From positions 1 to 39,138 of the forward strand of contig JAHDBS010000004.1 in the NCBI GenBank assembly GCA_020630225.1: a stretch of DNA of 39,138 nucleotides, in the 5' to 3' direction. The stretch is from Anaerolineales bacterium (GTDB taxonomy: Bacteria; Chloroflexota; Anaerolineae; Anaerolineales; UBA6668). The translations under genes were made by a program, and so were the position numbers. Shown piece after piece: positions 1-9,732 of the stretch. Each line of letters begins with the position of its first letter. The first letter of the stretch is position 1. The notes below the pieces were generated by a model. That model was given only the letters and a program-made list of their open reading frames with translations, was not told the DNA's origin and searched no databases.

Positions 1-1576
1 TTTCGCTCATCCCCCATTGCATAATCATGGCGCGGGCAATGCGAGCAACTTGTTGTAAGTCGCCAGAAGCACCAACGGTAATATCGTCTTCATCAAACGC
101 GAGTTCTTCAGCAACCCGACCACCAAGAGCAGATGCTAATTGGTTTTTGAGGCTACCACGCGTCATGAGCGCACCATCGTCTTCGTCTGGCAAGTACCAA
201 GTCACACCACCAGCCATCCCACGCGGGATGATGGTGACTTTGCGAACGCGGTTCGGACCTTCTAAGACCCGCCCAACGACCGCATGACCGGCTTCATGAT
301 AAGCCACGACCTTGCGCTTCTTTGGAGACATGACCCGGCTTTTACGTTCTGGGCCAAGCTGAACACGTTCAATCGCGTTTTCCAAATCCTGCATATGGAT
401 TTGCTTTTTATTGCGACGCGCTGCCAAAATAGCACCTTCGTTGACCATGTTTTCAATGTCAGCACCAGAAAACCCTGGTGTCGCTTTTGAAAGCACTTTG
501 AGGTTGACATCCTTTGACAATGGCTTGCCACGAACGTGGACACCCATAATTGCTTCACGGCCTTTGACGTCTGGGCGATCAATGATGACAGAACGGTCGA
601 AACGACCAGGGCGCATCAACGCTGGATCCAGAATGTCTGGGCGGTTCGTTGCCGCAATAATGATGATGGTTTCTTCAGTGTCAAACCCATCCATTTCAAC
701 CAAAATTTGGTTCAGGGTTTGTTCACGTTCATCATGACTACCCCCTAGCCCGGCGCCACGTTGACGGCCGACTGCATCAATTTCATCGATGAAGATGATA
801 CAAGGGCTATGGCGCTTTGCTTGTTCAAACATATCGCGGACGCGGCTTGCACCAACACCAACGAACATTTCAACAAATTCAGAACCTGAAATGCTGAAGA
901 ATGGCACACCAGCTTCACCAGAAACTGCTTTTGCCAAGAGCGTTTTACCAGTCCCAGGAGGGCCTACCAACAGCACACCTTTTGGAATACGCGCGCCCAA
1001 TGCCGTGAATTTGTCAGCTTCTTTCAAGAATTCAACAACTTCACCGAGCTCTTCTTTTGCTTCAGGGAGGCCAGCAACATCATCAAATGTGATGGTCGGC
1101 TGCTCACCGGTAAACATTTTCGCGCGGCTCTTCCCAAATGAAAGTGCCTGATTGTTCGTGCCTTGCGCTTGGCGCAGCATGAAGTAGATGATCCCAACAA
1201 CCAACAAGGCTGGCAGCATCAGACTGAGGAAATTGAGAATGCTCCCCCAATCACTTGGGCGTTTGATCTCAATAGATGTCTTGGAGAAGTCAACTCCAAG
1301 CGGTTGTAATTGTTCTTGAAGTGAAGATTCAGGATCTTTACGGCTTTCAAAGATGACAGACTCACCTAAGCCATTCGTTTCCTTCATTTCAACTTCTAGA
1401 TTATCCCCAGCAACAACAATCTTTTCGACTTCACCGTTGTTGATTTTTTGAACGAGTTCGCTAAGGGATAATTCTTCGGTGGGGGACTGTTGGTTACGGA
1501 CGCCAATGAAAATTGCAGCAATTGCTACAAGGATCAGTACGTAGACCATAACTTGTCTGGCCCGATTTGAATTCAC
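1..1576 (-). CDS. ftsH: ATP-dependent zinc metalloprotease FtsH (C-terminal end runs off the left edge of the window)
   Basis: Absent from the ORF track because no stop codon lies in the window. My reverse-complement translation reads [14 protein letters not shown] (TM) ... GPPGTGKT (Walker A) ... IIFIDEID (Walker B) ... [19 protein letters not shown] (SRH) ... HEAGHA (zinc site) ... [27 protein letters not shown] at 1576 lies 7 nt after GGAGG (complement of 1584-1588). An in-frame ATG is at 1549. Confidence 0.93.
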   Translation of the reverse strand, partial: MNSNRARQVMVYVLILVAIAAIFIGVRNQQSPTEELSLSELVQKINNGEVEKIVVAGDNLEVEMKETNGLGESVIFESRKDPESSLQEQLQPLGVDFSKTSIEIKRPSDWGSILNFLSLMLPALLVVGIIYFMLRQAQGTNNQALSFGKSRAKMFTGEQPTITFDDVAGLPEAKEELGEVVEFLKEADKFTALGARIPKGVLLVGPPGTGKTLLAKAVSGEAGVPFFSISGSEFVEMFVGVGASRVRDMFEQAKRHSPCIIFIDEIDAVGRQRGAGLGGSHDEREQTLNQILVEMDGFDTEETIIIIAATNRPDILDPALMRPGRFDRSVIIDRPDVKGREAIMGVHVRGKPLSKDVNLKVLSKATPGFSGADIENMVNEGAILAARRNKKQIHMQDLENAIERVQLGPERKSRVMSPKKRKVVAYHEAGHAVVGRVLEGPNRVRKVTIIPRGMAGGVTWYLPDEDDGALMTRGSLKNQLASALGGRVAEELAFDEDDITVGASGDLQQVARIARAMIMQWGMSE

Positions 1577-1787
1577 AGAGTTACCTCCAGAGATTTACAA
1601 AAAAGGTAAAAACCCAATTTGCACTAGTTTTGCCTGTTCCACAGTACGACATACCCGTTGACGCACGTGGCGGATGTGATTATTACCCTACTACAGATAT
1701 TATTGGACTTTTGTTAACGTCCGATGATGACGTAGTAAATGGGGAGTGTTTTCGACAAGGTTGCGTAGTTTTTTGAAAAATTATGCA

Positions 1788-1810
1788 AAATTGGCTGCAA
1801 ACGCCAATTT
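1788..1810 (-). terminator. Hairpin downstream of the Ser/Thr kinase gene (putative intrinsic terminator)
   Basis: AAATTGGC-7 nt loop-GCCAATTT (8-bp stem) 36 nt after the kinase stop. On the minus strand it is followed by TGCATAATTTTTC, an imperfect U-tract. Confidence 0.4.
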
Positions 1811-1845
1811 GTTCCATTCTTCACAAATTATACCAATCCACCAAT

Positions 1846-3204
1846 TTACAACCATGAGAGTAAACTGAACGCGACTTGTAATATCGCGCCAATTGGCTCA
1901 ACAATCCCTGCTGGCGCAAATGGATTGCGATAGGCGAAGTAGACCATTGTCCAAAGAGGAATGAGTCCTAGTACAGCAATCAGCGCAACGCCGACTAGTA
2001 CGTAGTACATCCAGTCGACTTCGTCTGCGACCTCTGCTATCGGTTGAGACTGTTCAGGATAACGACGCGTTGAGCCAGTTGGCCCAGTACGCGGAGCTGA
2101 TGGTCGTCGCGGCACAACACGCTGCGAATTAGAGCCTGTTACACCATTAGCAGACCCTATCGTGCCAGTTGTCCGTCGGGGCGGATGTAATGGATTAGTC
2201 CGTGGCCCAGTAGCTGTTACGCCTTTTGGAGGCAATGGATTTGTATTTCGCGGCGGCAAAGCACCTGAACTCGGTGCTGGACGCGCGACTGAGCCAGATT
2301 GCGGCTGACGTGCAGTGGTCGCCCCAGTTGGCGGCTTGGCTGGTACACGTGCGGCAGGATAAACATTGGTAGCTTCGTTACCATGCTTCCGATAGGCACG
2401 CAAAATGTGTCCCAGCTGATCGGCACTACGATAGCGTTGACCGCTCTCCTTAGAAAGGAGCTTGGTTACGATCCGTTCGACCGCTTCCGGCACATTTGGA
2501 TTAATGCTACGAACCGTTGGCGGCTTGTCACGCAAATGCATAACCGCCAAATCTTGCGGGTTTTGAGCTTGGAACGGCAGTCGGCCCGTCAATAATTCAA
2601 AGAAAATTACGCCCAGAGAATACACATCGGACGCCGCAGAAGGAGCTTCCCCAGCAGCTTGCTCCGGCGAAAAGTATTGTGGGCTACCCCACACAACATC
2701 ATGTTTTTCACCAGGCTTGATGGTTGAAAGCGCACGTGCAATCCCGAAGTCGGTCACCTTCATGCGACCTTCACTGGTAATCAACACGTTTTGAGGTTTC
2801 AAATCGCAGTGCACAATACCTGCGCGGTGCGCATACCCCACCCCAGAACAAATCTGGATCATGTGGTCAATGGCTTCATTCAGCTGATATGGCGCTTTTT
2901 GACGAATTTGGGTTTTGAGTTCACTCCCATCGATGTATTCCATCACGATGTAGTAACGCATACCATCTGCCCCAAAGTCATGCACCGTCACAATGTTTGG
3001 GTGCATCAAATTTGCAGCAGAACGGGCTTCTTGCTGAAAGCGCGTCAAGAACTCATGGTCATGAGTAAGATCTTTACGCAAAATCTTGATCGCAACATTG
3101 CGACCTAAAGAAAGGTCTTGCGCCTTAAATACAACAGCCATCCCACCAGTGCTGATATGCTCTAGTAGGCGATAGCGGCGGTTAAGTAAATGATCGTTAC
3201 TCAC
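1846..3204 (-). CDS. Hanks-type Ser/Thr protein kinase with Pro-rich linker and C-terminal TM anchor
   Basis: 452-aa ORF. Glycine loop STGGMAVVF, VAIK lysine, catalytic loop HCDLKPQNVL, DFG, GSPQYFSPEQ. This is followed by a long Pro/Thr/Arg-rich segment and the TM helix YYVLVGVALIAVLGLIPLW. GTG start, no PASTA domains. Confidence 0.9.
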   Translation of the reverse strand: MSNDHLLNRRYRLLEHISTGGMAVVFKAQDLSLGRNVAIKILRKDLTHDHEFLTRFQQEARSAANLMHPNIVTVHDFGADGMRYYIVMEYIDGSELKTQIRQKAPYQLNEAIDHMIQICSGVGYAHRAGIVHCDLKPQNVLITSEGRMKVTDFGIARALSTIKPGEKHDVVWGSPQYFSPEQAAGEAPSAASDVYSLGVIFFELLTGRLPFQAQNPQDLAVMHLRDKPPTVRSINPNVPEAVERIVTKLLSKESGQRYRSADQLGHILRAYRKHGNEATNVYPAARVPAKPPTGATTARQPQSGSVARPAPSSGALPPRNTNPLPPKGVTATGPRTNPLHPPRRTTGTIGSANGVTGSNSQRVVPRRPSAPRTGPTGSTRRYPEQSQPIAEVADEVDWMYYVLVGVALIAVLGLIPLWTMVYFAYRNPFAPAGIVEPIGAILQVAFSLLSWL

Positions 3205-3252
3205 AAAATCGAAGTGTTAGCGGTCGGAAATTTCGTCCTTAATTCAACGTTT

Positions 3253-3282
3253 ATTGTACCGTGGCGACACAATCCAATGCAA
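3253..3282 (-). promoter_or_regulatory. Candidate sigma70-type promoter for the kinase gene (TTGCAT-18-TACAAT)
   Basis: On the minus strand, TTGCAT (3277-3282) and TACAAT (3253-3258) with an 18-nt spacer, about 45 nt upstream of the GTG start. Sequence match only. Confidence 0.3.
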
Positions 3283-3486
3283 TCATCAATCTGACGATTT
3301 AGCGTATTTTTCGCGTGACCTAAGTCATAACAAACAGAATTCTAACGACCTGAGACAAACTTAGTTTCGTAACCAGCTAGACACAAGTACTCAAATCAAT
3401 GGCTCACATTGAACATAATCCACATACAATGGAGGAGATGCCTGCAAATTTGAGACTAGTTCATCCCTTATTAACGGTACATTGCT

Positions 3487-3492
3487 TATAAT
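3487..3492 (+). promoter_or_regulatory. Candidate -10 box (TATAAT) for the lipid-kinase/PQQ operon
   Basis: Perfect TATAAT 54 nt upstream of ATG 3546. No convincing -35. Confidence 0.3.
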
Positions 3493-3545
3493 TTCGCCAA
3501 TTTACGCTATATCCGCGCTGGTCTACACACGTCTCAAAGGTACAA

Positions 3546-4490
3546 ATGTCTTCAGCTGTCATCATTCATAATCCAGTTTCAGGTCGCTTTCCAGCGTTAC
3601 CGCTCATTGAGCAAAGTGCAGCCATCCTCCGGGATTATGGTTGGTCTACAGATATTCTACTCACTGAGCAAGCTGGTGACACATCTAAATTGACCAGACT
3701 TGCCCGCGACAAAAACAAAGATGCCGTCTTCATTGCTGGCGGTGATGGCAGTCTTGGCACAGCAGCCAACATTTTGAAGGGCAGTGACACTGCGCTAGGC
3801 GTTTTACCAACGGGCACAGCCAATGTTTGGGCCCAAGAGTTGGGCTTGAATTATGCTAAACATCCTTGGACAACGGCACTAACAAATGCAGTCACAGCCC
3901 AGCTAGAAGGCGAAATTCGCAGTATTGATGTTGGTATTTGCAATGATCATGCCTTTCTGCTTTGGGCTGGATTTGGCTTTGATGCGCACGTTGTCGCTGG
4001 AGTAGAACCCCGCCAACCACTTGAGAAAAAGTTTGGCAAGCTCAGCTATGCCGCCAAAGGTCTTTGGGCATCTACCTCATGGGACCCAACCCCTTTCAAA
4101 ATTCATACTGCAACACGCACTTATGAAAATGACTTCCTTTTTAGCGTAGTCACTAACATCCAGTTATACGCTGGCGGCCTAGCAAGATTAGACCCCGAAG
4201 CCAGAGTAGATGATGGCAAGATTACGCTTTGGGCATTCGAAGGTGACCATTTCCTAGACGCCTTCATTCTTGCTTCACGCGTGCTTCAGAATGCACACTT
4301 TGAACATCCAGAAACCGTCATGAAGCTCGGAACAGAATTTCGGATAGAAGCCCAACGCCCTATCCCGCTACAGCTTGATGGCGAAGTCATGGGCCACACA
4401 ACTGAAGCCAATATCCGCATTGAACCCAATGCGCTCAAAGTCTTCAAAACCACGACCGTCAACCCTACTCTATTTCGTAATACGGATTAG
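3546..4490 (+). CDS. Diacylglycerol-kinase-family lipid kinase (YegS/BmrU-like)
   Basis: 314-aa ORF. DAGK catalytic-domain motifs AVFIAGGDGSLG and LPTGTANVWA, with the typical 2-domain length. Confidence 0.8.
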   Translation: MSSAVIIHNPVSGRFPALPLIEQSAAILRDYGWSTDILLTEQAGDTSKLTRLARDKNKDAVFIAGGDGSLGTAANILKGSDTALGVLPTGTANVWAQELGLNYAKHPWTTALTNAVTAQLEGEIRSIDVGICNDHAFLLWAGFGFDAHVVAGVEPRQPLEKKFGKLSYAAKGLWASTSWDPTPFKIHTATRTYENDFLFSVVTNIQLYAGGLARLDPEARVDDGKITLWAFEGDHFLDAFILASRVLQNAHFEHPETVMKLGTEFRIEAQRPIPLQLDGEVMGHTTEANIRIEPNALKVFKTTTVNPTLFRNTD

Positions 4491-4511
4491 TCTCCACTTC
4501 GTTTCAGAACT

Positions 4512-7124
4512 ATGTCAAACAATTTTCAATCGGCGGCAGATTGGCCAATGGCAGGTGCTAACTCCAAACGCACATCATGGTCACCTGAAGAAGTCAGCGG
4601 ACAATTATTCCCAAATTGGTTCAAGCCGTTTGAGGCTTACATTTCGCAAAAAGTGCAATTGATTGCCGCTGATGACAAAATTTTTGTCGCTACGGCAAGC
4701 GGGTTATATGCAATCAATGCTGAAACTGGCGCAGAAGAATGGTTGTATGCAACCTCGCGACCGTTAGGGCACTCCCCTACTATTCAAAATGGCATTGCAT
4801 ATGTTGGCGGGCTAGATGCTTACGTACACGCAATTGATATTTCATCTGGCGCAGGAGTTTGGACATTTGCCGCAAGCGGCGGTTTTCAAACTAGCCCGGC
4901 AATTGACGACAACACTATTTATTTAGGTGATCGATCCGGTATGTTTTATGCCATTGCCATTGATGGCGAAGAAGCGGGAACCTCTCGTTGGCAATTTCAA
5001 GCAGCCGGTCCAATCTTATATTCCGCCGCACTTAGTGATAGCCAAGTCTTTTTCGCAGCTGAAGATGGCGCTGCTTATGCACTAGACAAAGCAACAGGGG
5101 CTCTAAATTGGAAAACAGAACAGCTACCTGGGGCTGGATTTCAATCTTGGTGGCCAGTTATATATGAAGACTATGTCATCTTCAGCGGAAGTAACAACTA
5201 TCGAACACGGATTGCCCCCGGCTCAATTCGCAGTCACCTACACGACTGGGAGCTGGATGAACTGTACCTGAATCATGAAGCTGCACCTAAAGGCAAGCTG
5301 ATCGGGCAGCTTGGGCAGCGTCCAGGCAAATGGGCAACAAACACACCCACTATTGATGCTACCCCAACCTTAGACTATCTCACCGCCAAACCTTGGCGGC
5401 GTAGCGTATTTGTCTTAGATCAAGAAACTGGTGAAGAAGCTGGCATCGCACCCATTGCTTGGTCTTGGACACACAACGGAACGCGCTACCCCCCAGTCAT
5501 TGGCGGCGACGGCGCGTTATATACCCAAAACAGTTACCTTTCGGATCCGGCCATTGCGGGCGGACACGTAAGTGGCTGGGAACCTAACTCCCCTTACATT
5601 AGCCTCATTAGCGCTGATTGGAATGCAGTAGACGAACCAATGGGGGTTTCTGCTGGTGGCAACACAGTCTATTGGAATTTATGTTGCGATCGTGAAGCAG
5701 GTTCAATGGACATTAGCCAACCAGAGCAATTATTTCCTAATCGCTATCGCAATGGGATTCTGCCATCTACTGGTGACACAGACCCTGCAAGAGAGTGGCG
5801 CTACTTCAATTACAGTCTTGCGACGAGCGTGCCGGGATATGACGAGTATTTCCATAATGGGCAAGCACATCTTGCTTACGGCGGCCCAAATGGTACCTAC
5901 GGCAACCATGGTGATGTAAACGCTCCCATCCCTTACAAAGGACGCGTGTACATGCATCGCGGCAATTCTGTAATTGCCTATAGCCCTGATACTGCTCCGG
6001 TTGCCGCTGCATCAGCAAGCAAAATTCACAGCCAAGAGACCCAAGCGCCAACGCCTAAAACCCCAGACACCTTGCGTCAAATGCTTAGTGCAGAAGTTGC
6101 TGCCTTACTCAATGCTGGTCATATGCGACCCGGTTACACAAGTCATGGCGTTCTTGACCTGTGGCAAAGCAATATTTTGGGTGATGACTTCTCAGATTAT
6201 TTCCATCAGCCTGCCGACACCATGTGGACGTTACTGCTCGCTATTCCACATTTAGATAACAGCTTACGTGACCGCGCACGCGACTACCTCCAAAGTGAAT
6301 ATCGTGATTATCGGCCACACTTGGTCAACCATATTGGATGGGATGGCGCTGCTAGAGAGGCCTTCGCATTGCCGCCGGAAGTTGTCGAAGAACTCGCAAA
6401 CAATGGGCAAAAAGAGAAGAACTGGGTCTTCATGGAACAAGGCGGTCCAAATGGCAAAGGCGTTTGGGGCACAAACCCGTTCGCGTTTTATGTGCTTTGG
6501 AAATATGCCCAAGAGTTTGATATTGCAACTAATCTATGGACAACGGTCAATGGGTCGCTTGAACGCCCACCAAAACGCAGCGTACTGGAAAAAATGCCGT
6601 ATGCACACAATGCATTTATTGCTGGCTACATGGGGTATTTAGAACTACAAAAGCTTGCAGGTAAAACGCCTTCTCGTTTAGTCCAACTCCGCCTGCGCCG
6701 CCTCATCAGCCTGCGGTTACGCAATTTCAACTTTGATGCCGGTTTTGCCAACGACCCTGTGCAAGCCTATGGCAACAGTTTCAATGTAGAAACTCAATTT
6801 ATGTATCTAGTGCCAGAATTAGCACAACTGATGCGCAAGCGCATTCCAGAACAAGTTGACGCCACCCTCCGCAAAGCTAAAGCCCTTGCCCCAATGTGGT
6901 TTGTTAGCGGTGCTCAGGAGGCTGTTCTAGAGAATTCCATTGCTCCATTAGGTCAAGCCCAGGCGTTGTTTACAGCAACAGCCTGGCTAACAGAGACATC
7001 AGCAGAAGAGCTCTCAACATATGTAGATGCCCCGTTCTTTGCACGCGGAGATCTGTATTACATACAAAAACTGGCACTAGCGCTAGATGCTTACCAACGC
7101 AATCCGATAGAAGGATCTGAATAA
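4512..7124 (+). CDS. PQQ-like (BamB-type) beta-propeller repeat protein with about 350-aa helical C-terminal domain of unknown function
   Basis: 870-aa ORF, 21 nt after the lipid kinase. Repeated blades carry the A-x-D-x-x-T/S-G-x-x-x-W signature (YAINAETGAEEW, HAIDISSGAGVW, YALDKATGALNW, FVLDQETGEE). No N-terminal signal peptide or TM is visible. Confidence 0.7.
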   Translation: MSNNFQSAADWPMAGANSKRTSWSPEEVSGQLFPNWFKPFEAYISQKVQLIAADDKIFVATASGLYAINAETGAEEWLYATSRPLGHSPTIQNGIAYVGGLDAYVHAIDISSGAGVWTFAASGGFQTSPAIDDNTIYLGDRSGMFYAIAIDGEEAGTSRWQFQAAGPILYSAALSDSQVFFAAEDGAAYALDKATGALNWKTEQLPGAGFQSWWPVIYEDYVIFSGSNNYRTRIAPGSIRSHLHDWELDELYLNHEAAPKGKLIGQLGQRPGKWATNTPTIDATPTLDYLTAKPWRRSVFVLDQETGEEAGIAPIAWSWTHNGTRYPPVIGGDGALYTQNSYLSDPAIAGGHVSGWEPNSPYISLISADWNAVDEPMGVSAGGNTVYWNLCCDREAGSMDISQPEQLFPNRYRNGILPSTGDTDPAREWRYFNYSLATSVPGYDEYFHNGQAHLAYGGPNGTYGNHGDVNAPIPYKGRVYMHRGNSVIAYSPDTAPVAAASASKIHSQETQAPTPKTPDTLRQMLSAEVAALLNAGHMRPGYTSHGVLDLWQSNILGDDFSDYFHQPADTMWTLLLAIPHLDNSLRDRARDYLQSEYRDYRPHLVNHIGWDGAAREAFALPPEVVEELANNGQKEKNWVFMEQGGPNGKGVWGTNPFAFYVLWKYAQEFDIATNLWTTVNGSLERPPKRSVLEKMPYAHNAFIAGYMGYLELQKLAGKTPSRLVQLRLRRLISLRLRNFNFDAGFANDPVQAYGNSFNVETQFMYLVPELAQLMRKRIPEQVDATLRKAKALAPMWFVSGAQEAVLENSIAPLGQAQALFTATAWLTETSAEELSTYVDAPFFARGDLYYIQKLALALDAYQRNPIEGSE

Positions 7125-7156
7125 GGATTTACAGTAGCAAAAATCACATCTACCTA

Positions 7157-7165
7157 TGCTATACT
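7157..7165 (+). promoter_or_regulatory. Candidate extended -10 (TGCTATACT) upstream of secG
   Basis: TGnTATACT match 35 nt upstream of the secG GTG. AAGGA lies 9 nt before the start. Confidence 0.3.
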
Positions 7166-7199
7166 GTCAAAAAATTTGCAATAAAAAGGATCACTCACA

Positions 7200-7421
7200 G
7201 TGGTAACTACTCTTAACATTCTTATCGTTCTTGTTGGCATTGCCCTCATCGTAACTGTTGTTCTACAAAGCAAAGGCGCTGGCCTTGGCGGGATGACTGG
7301 CAGCAGCGAAGGTGGCGTTTATCGTGCACGTCGCGGTGTTGAAAAACTAATTTTCCGAGTCACAATTGGCTTGTCTCTTGGTTTCTTCGCACTCGTGATC
7401 GCAATGCTGTTTGTCCAGTAA
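7200..7421 (+). CDS. secG: Preprotein translocase subunit SecG
   Basis: 73-aa protein with two TM helices flanking a Gly-rich loop (KGAGLGGMTGSSEGG), which is the SecG size and topology. GTG start. Confidence 0.75.
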   Translation: MVTTLNILIVLVGIALIVTVVLQSKGAGLGGMTGSSEGGVYRARRGVEKLIFRVTIGLSLGFFALVIAMLFVQ

Positions 7422-7445
7422 GACATCACATCGAACAAATCGCAA

Positions 7446-7473
7446 AAGCCCGTTGTGTACAACGGGCTTTTTT
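7446..7473 (+). terminator. Rho-independent terminator of secG
   Basis: AAGCCCGTTG-TGTA-CAACGGGCTT (10-bp stem) followed by TTTTG. Confidence 0.8.
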
Positions 7474-7550
7474 GTTATCCCAACCAACGATCACACAAAC
7501 GAAGCATTCTGCTTTCCAACGCCCACCCCACCAAACTTGATTGAAAACTC

Positions 7551-7556
7551 TATAAT
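7551..7556 (+). promoter_or_regulatory. Candidate -10 box (TATAAT) 9 nt upstream of the ATG at 7566 (leaderless-type)
   Basis: Perfect TATAAT, no SD between it and the start codon, and no clear -35. Confidence 0.4.
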
Positions 7557-7565
7557 TGGCACGCT

Positions 7566-9251
7566 ATGAGATTGATCCGCATTCAATTGATTCTTGCTGC
7601 AATTGGGATTGCCAGCGTTTTAGGTCTACTGTCGCTCTACTCAGGGTCTGACACAGTTGTCACAGAAGAACTGCCTGCTTCAGGCGGATCTTTCGTTGAA
7701 GGCATTATTGGCCGTCCCCAACAGCTAAGCCCCCTATTTCCAGCACAAAACGATGCTGACCGTGACATTCGCCGCTTGGTCTATGCCGGTCTTATTAAGT
7801 TTGACGAGCGCGGCCTCCCGACAGCAGACCTTGCTGAGAGTTGGGCCGTCAGCGCAGATGGGCTCTCTTACTCATTTGTTTTGCGGAATGACCTACGTTG
7901 GCACGACAACCAAGCCATCACTATTGATGATGTTGTCTTCACACTGCAACTTCTGCAATCGGAAGACCTCCCGCTTGCAGAAGGACTGGGAGAGCTATGG
8001 CAAAGTGTTACAGTCAAGAAAATCAACGAAAACACGTTAAAGCTAACGCTTGCTGAGCCGTTTGCGCCCTTCTTGGACTACATGACATTTGCAGTCCTGC
8101 CTAAACACATTTACGAATCTAGCACGGCGTTAGGCACAATCACGGCTGACACCATGATTGGTGCAGGGCCATTTCGAGTACGCACCATTAATCGCAACGA
8201 AAATGATGTCATTACAGACATCCTGCTTACGACGCACCCTACATACCAAGGGACGCTTCCATACATTAGCCAAGTACGCCTGATCTTCTTTGATAATGAG
8301 ACCACTGCGGTAACGGCATATCAGAACGGACAAATTGATGCAATTGGCGGGGTCAGTCCTGCGGGGCATGCCCAATTAGCAGCTGACTTGAACACCAATT
8401 TGTTCAACAGTCGCATGTCGGAATACAGCATGCTGCTGTTCAATCAGCAAGAAGAAACGCTATCGTTCTTTGAAAGTCGGCGGGTTCGGCGCGCACTAGG
8501 GTTAGCAATCAATCGTGAGCGTATTTTGCGCAACGTCCTCGCTGGCAACGCATTCATTGCTACTGGTCCAATTTTGCCGGGCACATGGGCCTACGATGAA
8601 GGTCTAATTCGAATGGAGCAAGACCTGAACGAAGCCAATGATTTATTGGTTGCAGCAGGCTGGCGTATTCCTGAAACGGCTATCCCCGGCACTGTCGACT
8701 ACGTACGTCAAAAAGATGGCGAAGACGAATTATTCGAGTTTGAATTGCTCGTACCTGACAATGAGGTCTCTAAGGCGATTGCGGCGGAGATTATCAACAG
8801 TTGGGGCCAAATTGGGGTTCGCGCCACCATTACCATCCTGCCAGCAGACGAACTTGTTCGGCGGCGTGTAGAGCCACGCAACTTTCAAGCTGCGCTTATC
8901 AACTTCAGTTTTAGTGACACCCCAGATCCAGATCCCTATCCATTCTGGCATCAGACTCAGGTTGAAGGTGGGCAAAATTACAGCGGTTATAGCGATCGCC
9001 GGATGAGTGAAATGCTTGAGCAAGCGCGTATTACGCCATCCATTCAAGCACGTAAAGTCTTTTATGCAGAGTTTCAGCAACGCTTCCAAGCGCAAACACC
9101 TGCAATTTTGCTATTCCATCCGCTTTACACTTACGCGGTTCGTGACTCAATCCAGAATGTGCAAATGGGGACATTACTCCAACCCGCAGATCGCTTTACA
9201 ACGTTCTCACGCTGGTATGCCCAAACGCGTACCGTTGAAGTCGGGAATTAG
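7566..9251 (+). CDS. ABC transporter substrate-binding protein, family 5 (peptide/nickel, OppA/DppA-like)
   Basis: 561-aa ORF. N-terminal signal anchor LILAAIGIASVLGLLSL. Family-5 length and motifs (GAGPFRV, DPDPYPFWH). No permease or ATPase genes adjacent. Confidence 0.85.
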   Translation: MRLIRIQLILAAIGIASVLGLLSLYSGSDTVVTEELPASGGSFVEGIIGRPQQLSPLFPAQNDADRDIRRLVYAGLIKFDERGLPTADLAESWAVSADGLSYSFVLRNDLRWHDNQAITIDDVVFTLQLLQSEDLPLAEGLGELWQSVTVKKINENTLKLTLAEPFAPFLDYMTFAVLPKHIYESSTALGTITADTMIGAGPFRVRTINRNENDVITDILLTTHPTYQGTLPYISQVRLIFFDNETTAVTAYQNGQIDAIGGVSPAGHAQLAADLNTNLFNSRMSEYSMLLFNQQEETLSFFESRRVRRALGLAINRERILRNVLAGNAFIATGPILPGTWAYDEGLIRMEQDLNEANDLLVAAGWRIPETAIPGTVDYVRQKDGEDELFEFELLVPDNEVSKAIAAEIINSWGQIGVRATITILPADELVRRRVEPRNFQAALINFSFSDTPDPDPYPFWHQTQVEGGQNYSGYSDRRMSEMLEQARITPSIQARKVFYAEFQQRFQAQTPAILLFHPLYTYAVRDSIQNVQMGTLLQPADRFTTFSRWYAQTRTVEVGN

Positions 9252-9286
9252 GATCAAACACTACTAAGCTAACGCATTTTCATTGG

Positions 9287-9316
9287 GAGATGTAGTGCCC
9301 AGCAGTGCTACATCTC
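9287..9316. terminator. Hairpin between the convergent SBP gene and a small minus-strand ORF (possible bidirectional terminator)
   Basis: GAGATGTAG ... CTACATCTC (9-bp stem plus extra wobble pairs), followed by TTCTTC on the plus strand. Confidence 0.5.
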
Positions 9317-9442
9317 TTCTTCGTCATCCTTCACAAAAAACTGCACGTAAATCGTAAGCCCTACGATATACGCACACCCTAGCCACATCACGATGCTGGC
9401 AACCTGTGCCCAACCATCTAAAAAATCATAGATATACTGCAT
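9308..9442 (-). CDS. Hypothetical 44-aa single-TM protein (below the ORF-track cutoff)
   Basis: Manual translation gives MQYIYDFLDGWAQVASIVMWLGCAYIVGLTIYVQFFVKDDEEEM. It has one clean hydrophobic helix and an acidic tail. ATG start, no SD. Coding status unproven. Confidence 0.3.
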   Translation of the reverse strand: MQYIYDFLDGWAQVASIVMWLGCAYIVGLTIYVQFFVKDDEEEM

Positions 9443-9695
9443 GGTGGAATCTTACCGCACAGATCTTGTGCAGATTTACAGCATTGCTCATATGTTCGAA
9501 AGCTGAAATAGCGATAGACTTACCATGTCAAGAGGGCTGGTACAAACTGTTACTAGATAATGTGGGTAACGCTATCTATTCAGTTTGGCTGAGGTGTATC
9601 GCGGCAAGATTACTATTTCGTAAAACTTGTCACCAGATATGCAAAACAACGGCGTTGTAATGGTCCGCGGCATTGCTGGGAGGCAATTGAAAATT

Positions 9696-9725
9696 AAATA
9701 AAAAAGCCCCTGAATTTCTTCAGAG
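9696..9725 (-). terminator. Rho-independent terminator after tRNA-Leu
   Basis: On the minus strand, CTCTGAA-GAAA-TTCAGGG followed by GCTTTTTTATTT, starting 7 nt after the tRNA 3' end. Confidence 0.55.
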
Positions 9726-9732
9726 ACTTTAG

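Noticed and set aside
27-1151. Several plus-strand ORFs of 68-120 aa (27-287, 284-490, 411-737, 536-748, 789-1151) and the minus-strand ORF 262-582
   Set aside because: They are shadow or off-frame ORFs inside ftsH. The real minus-strand frame gives an uninterrupted, unmistakable FtsH translation, and the listed peptides are low-complexity with no motifs.
1567-1776. 69-aa plus-strand ORF in the ftsH upstream region
   Set aside because: It starts inside the ftsH 5' end and SD on the opposite strand. It has no SD or promoter and no recognisable features. The region is more plausibly the ftsH promoter and 5' UTR.
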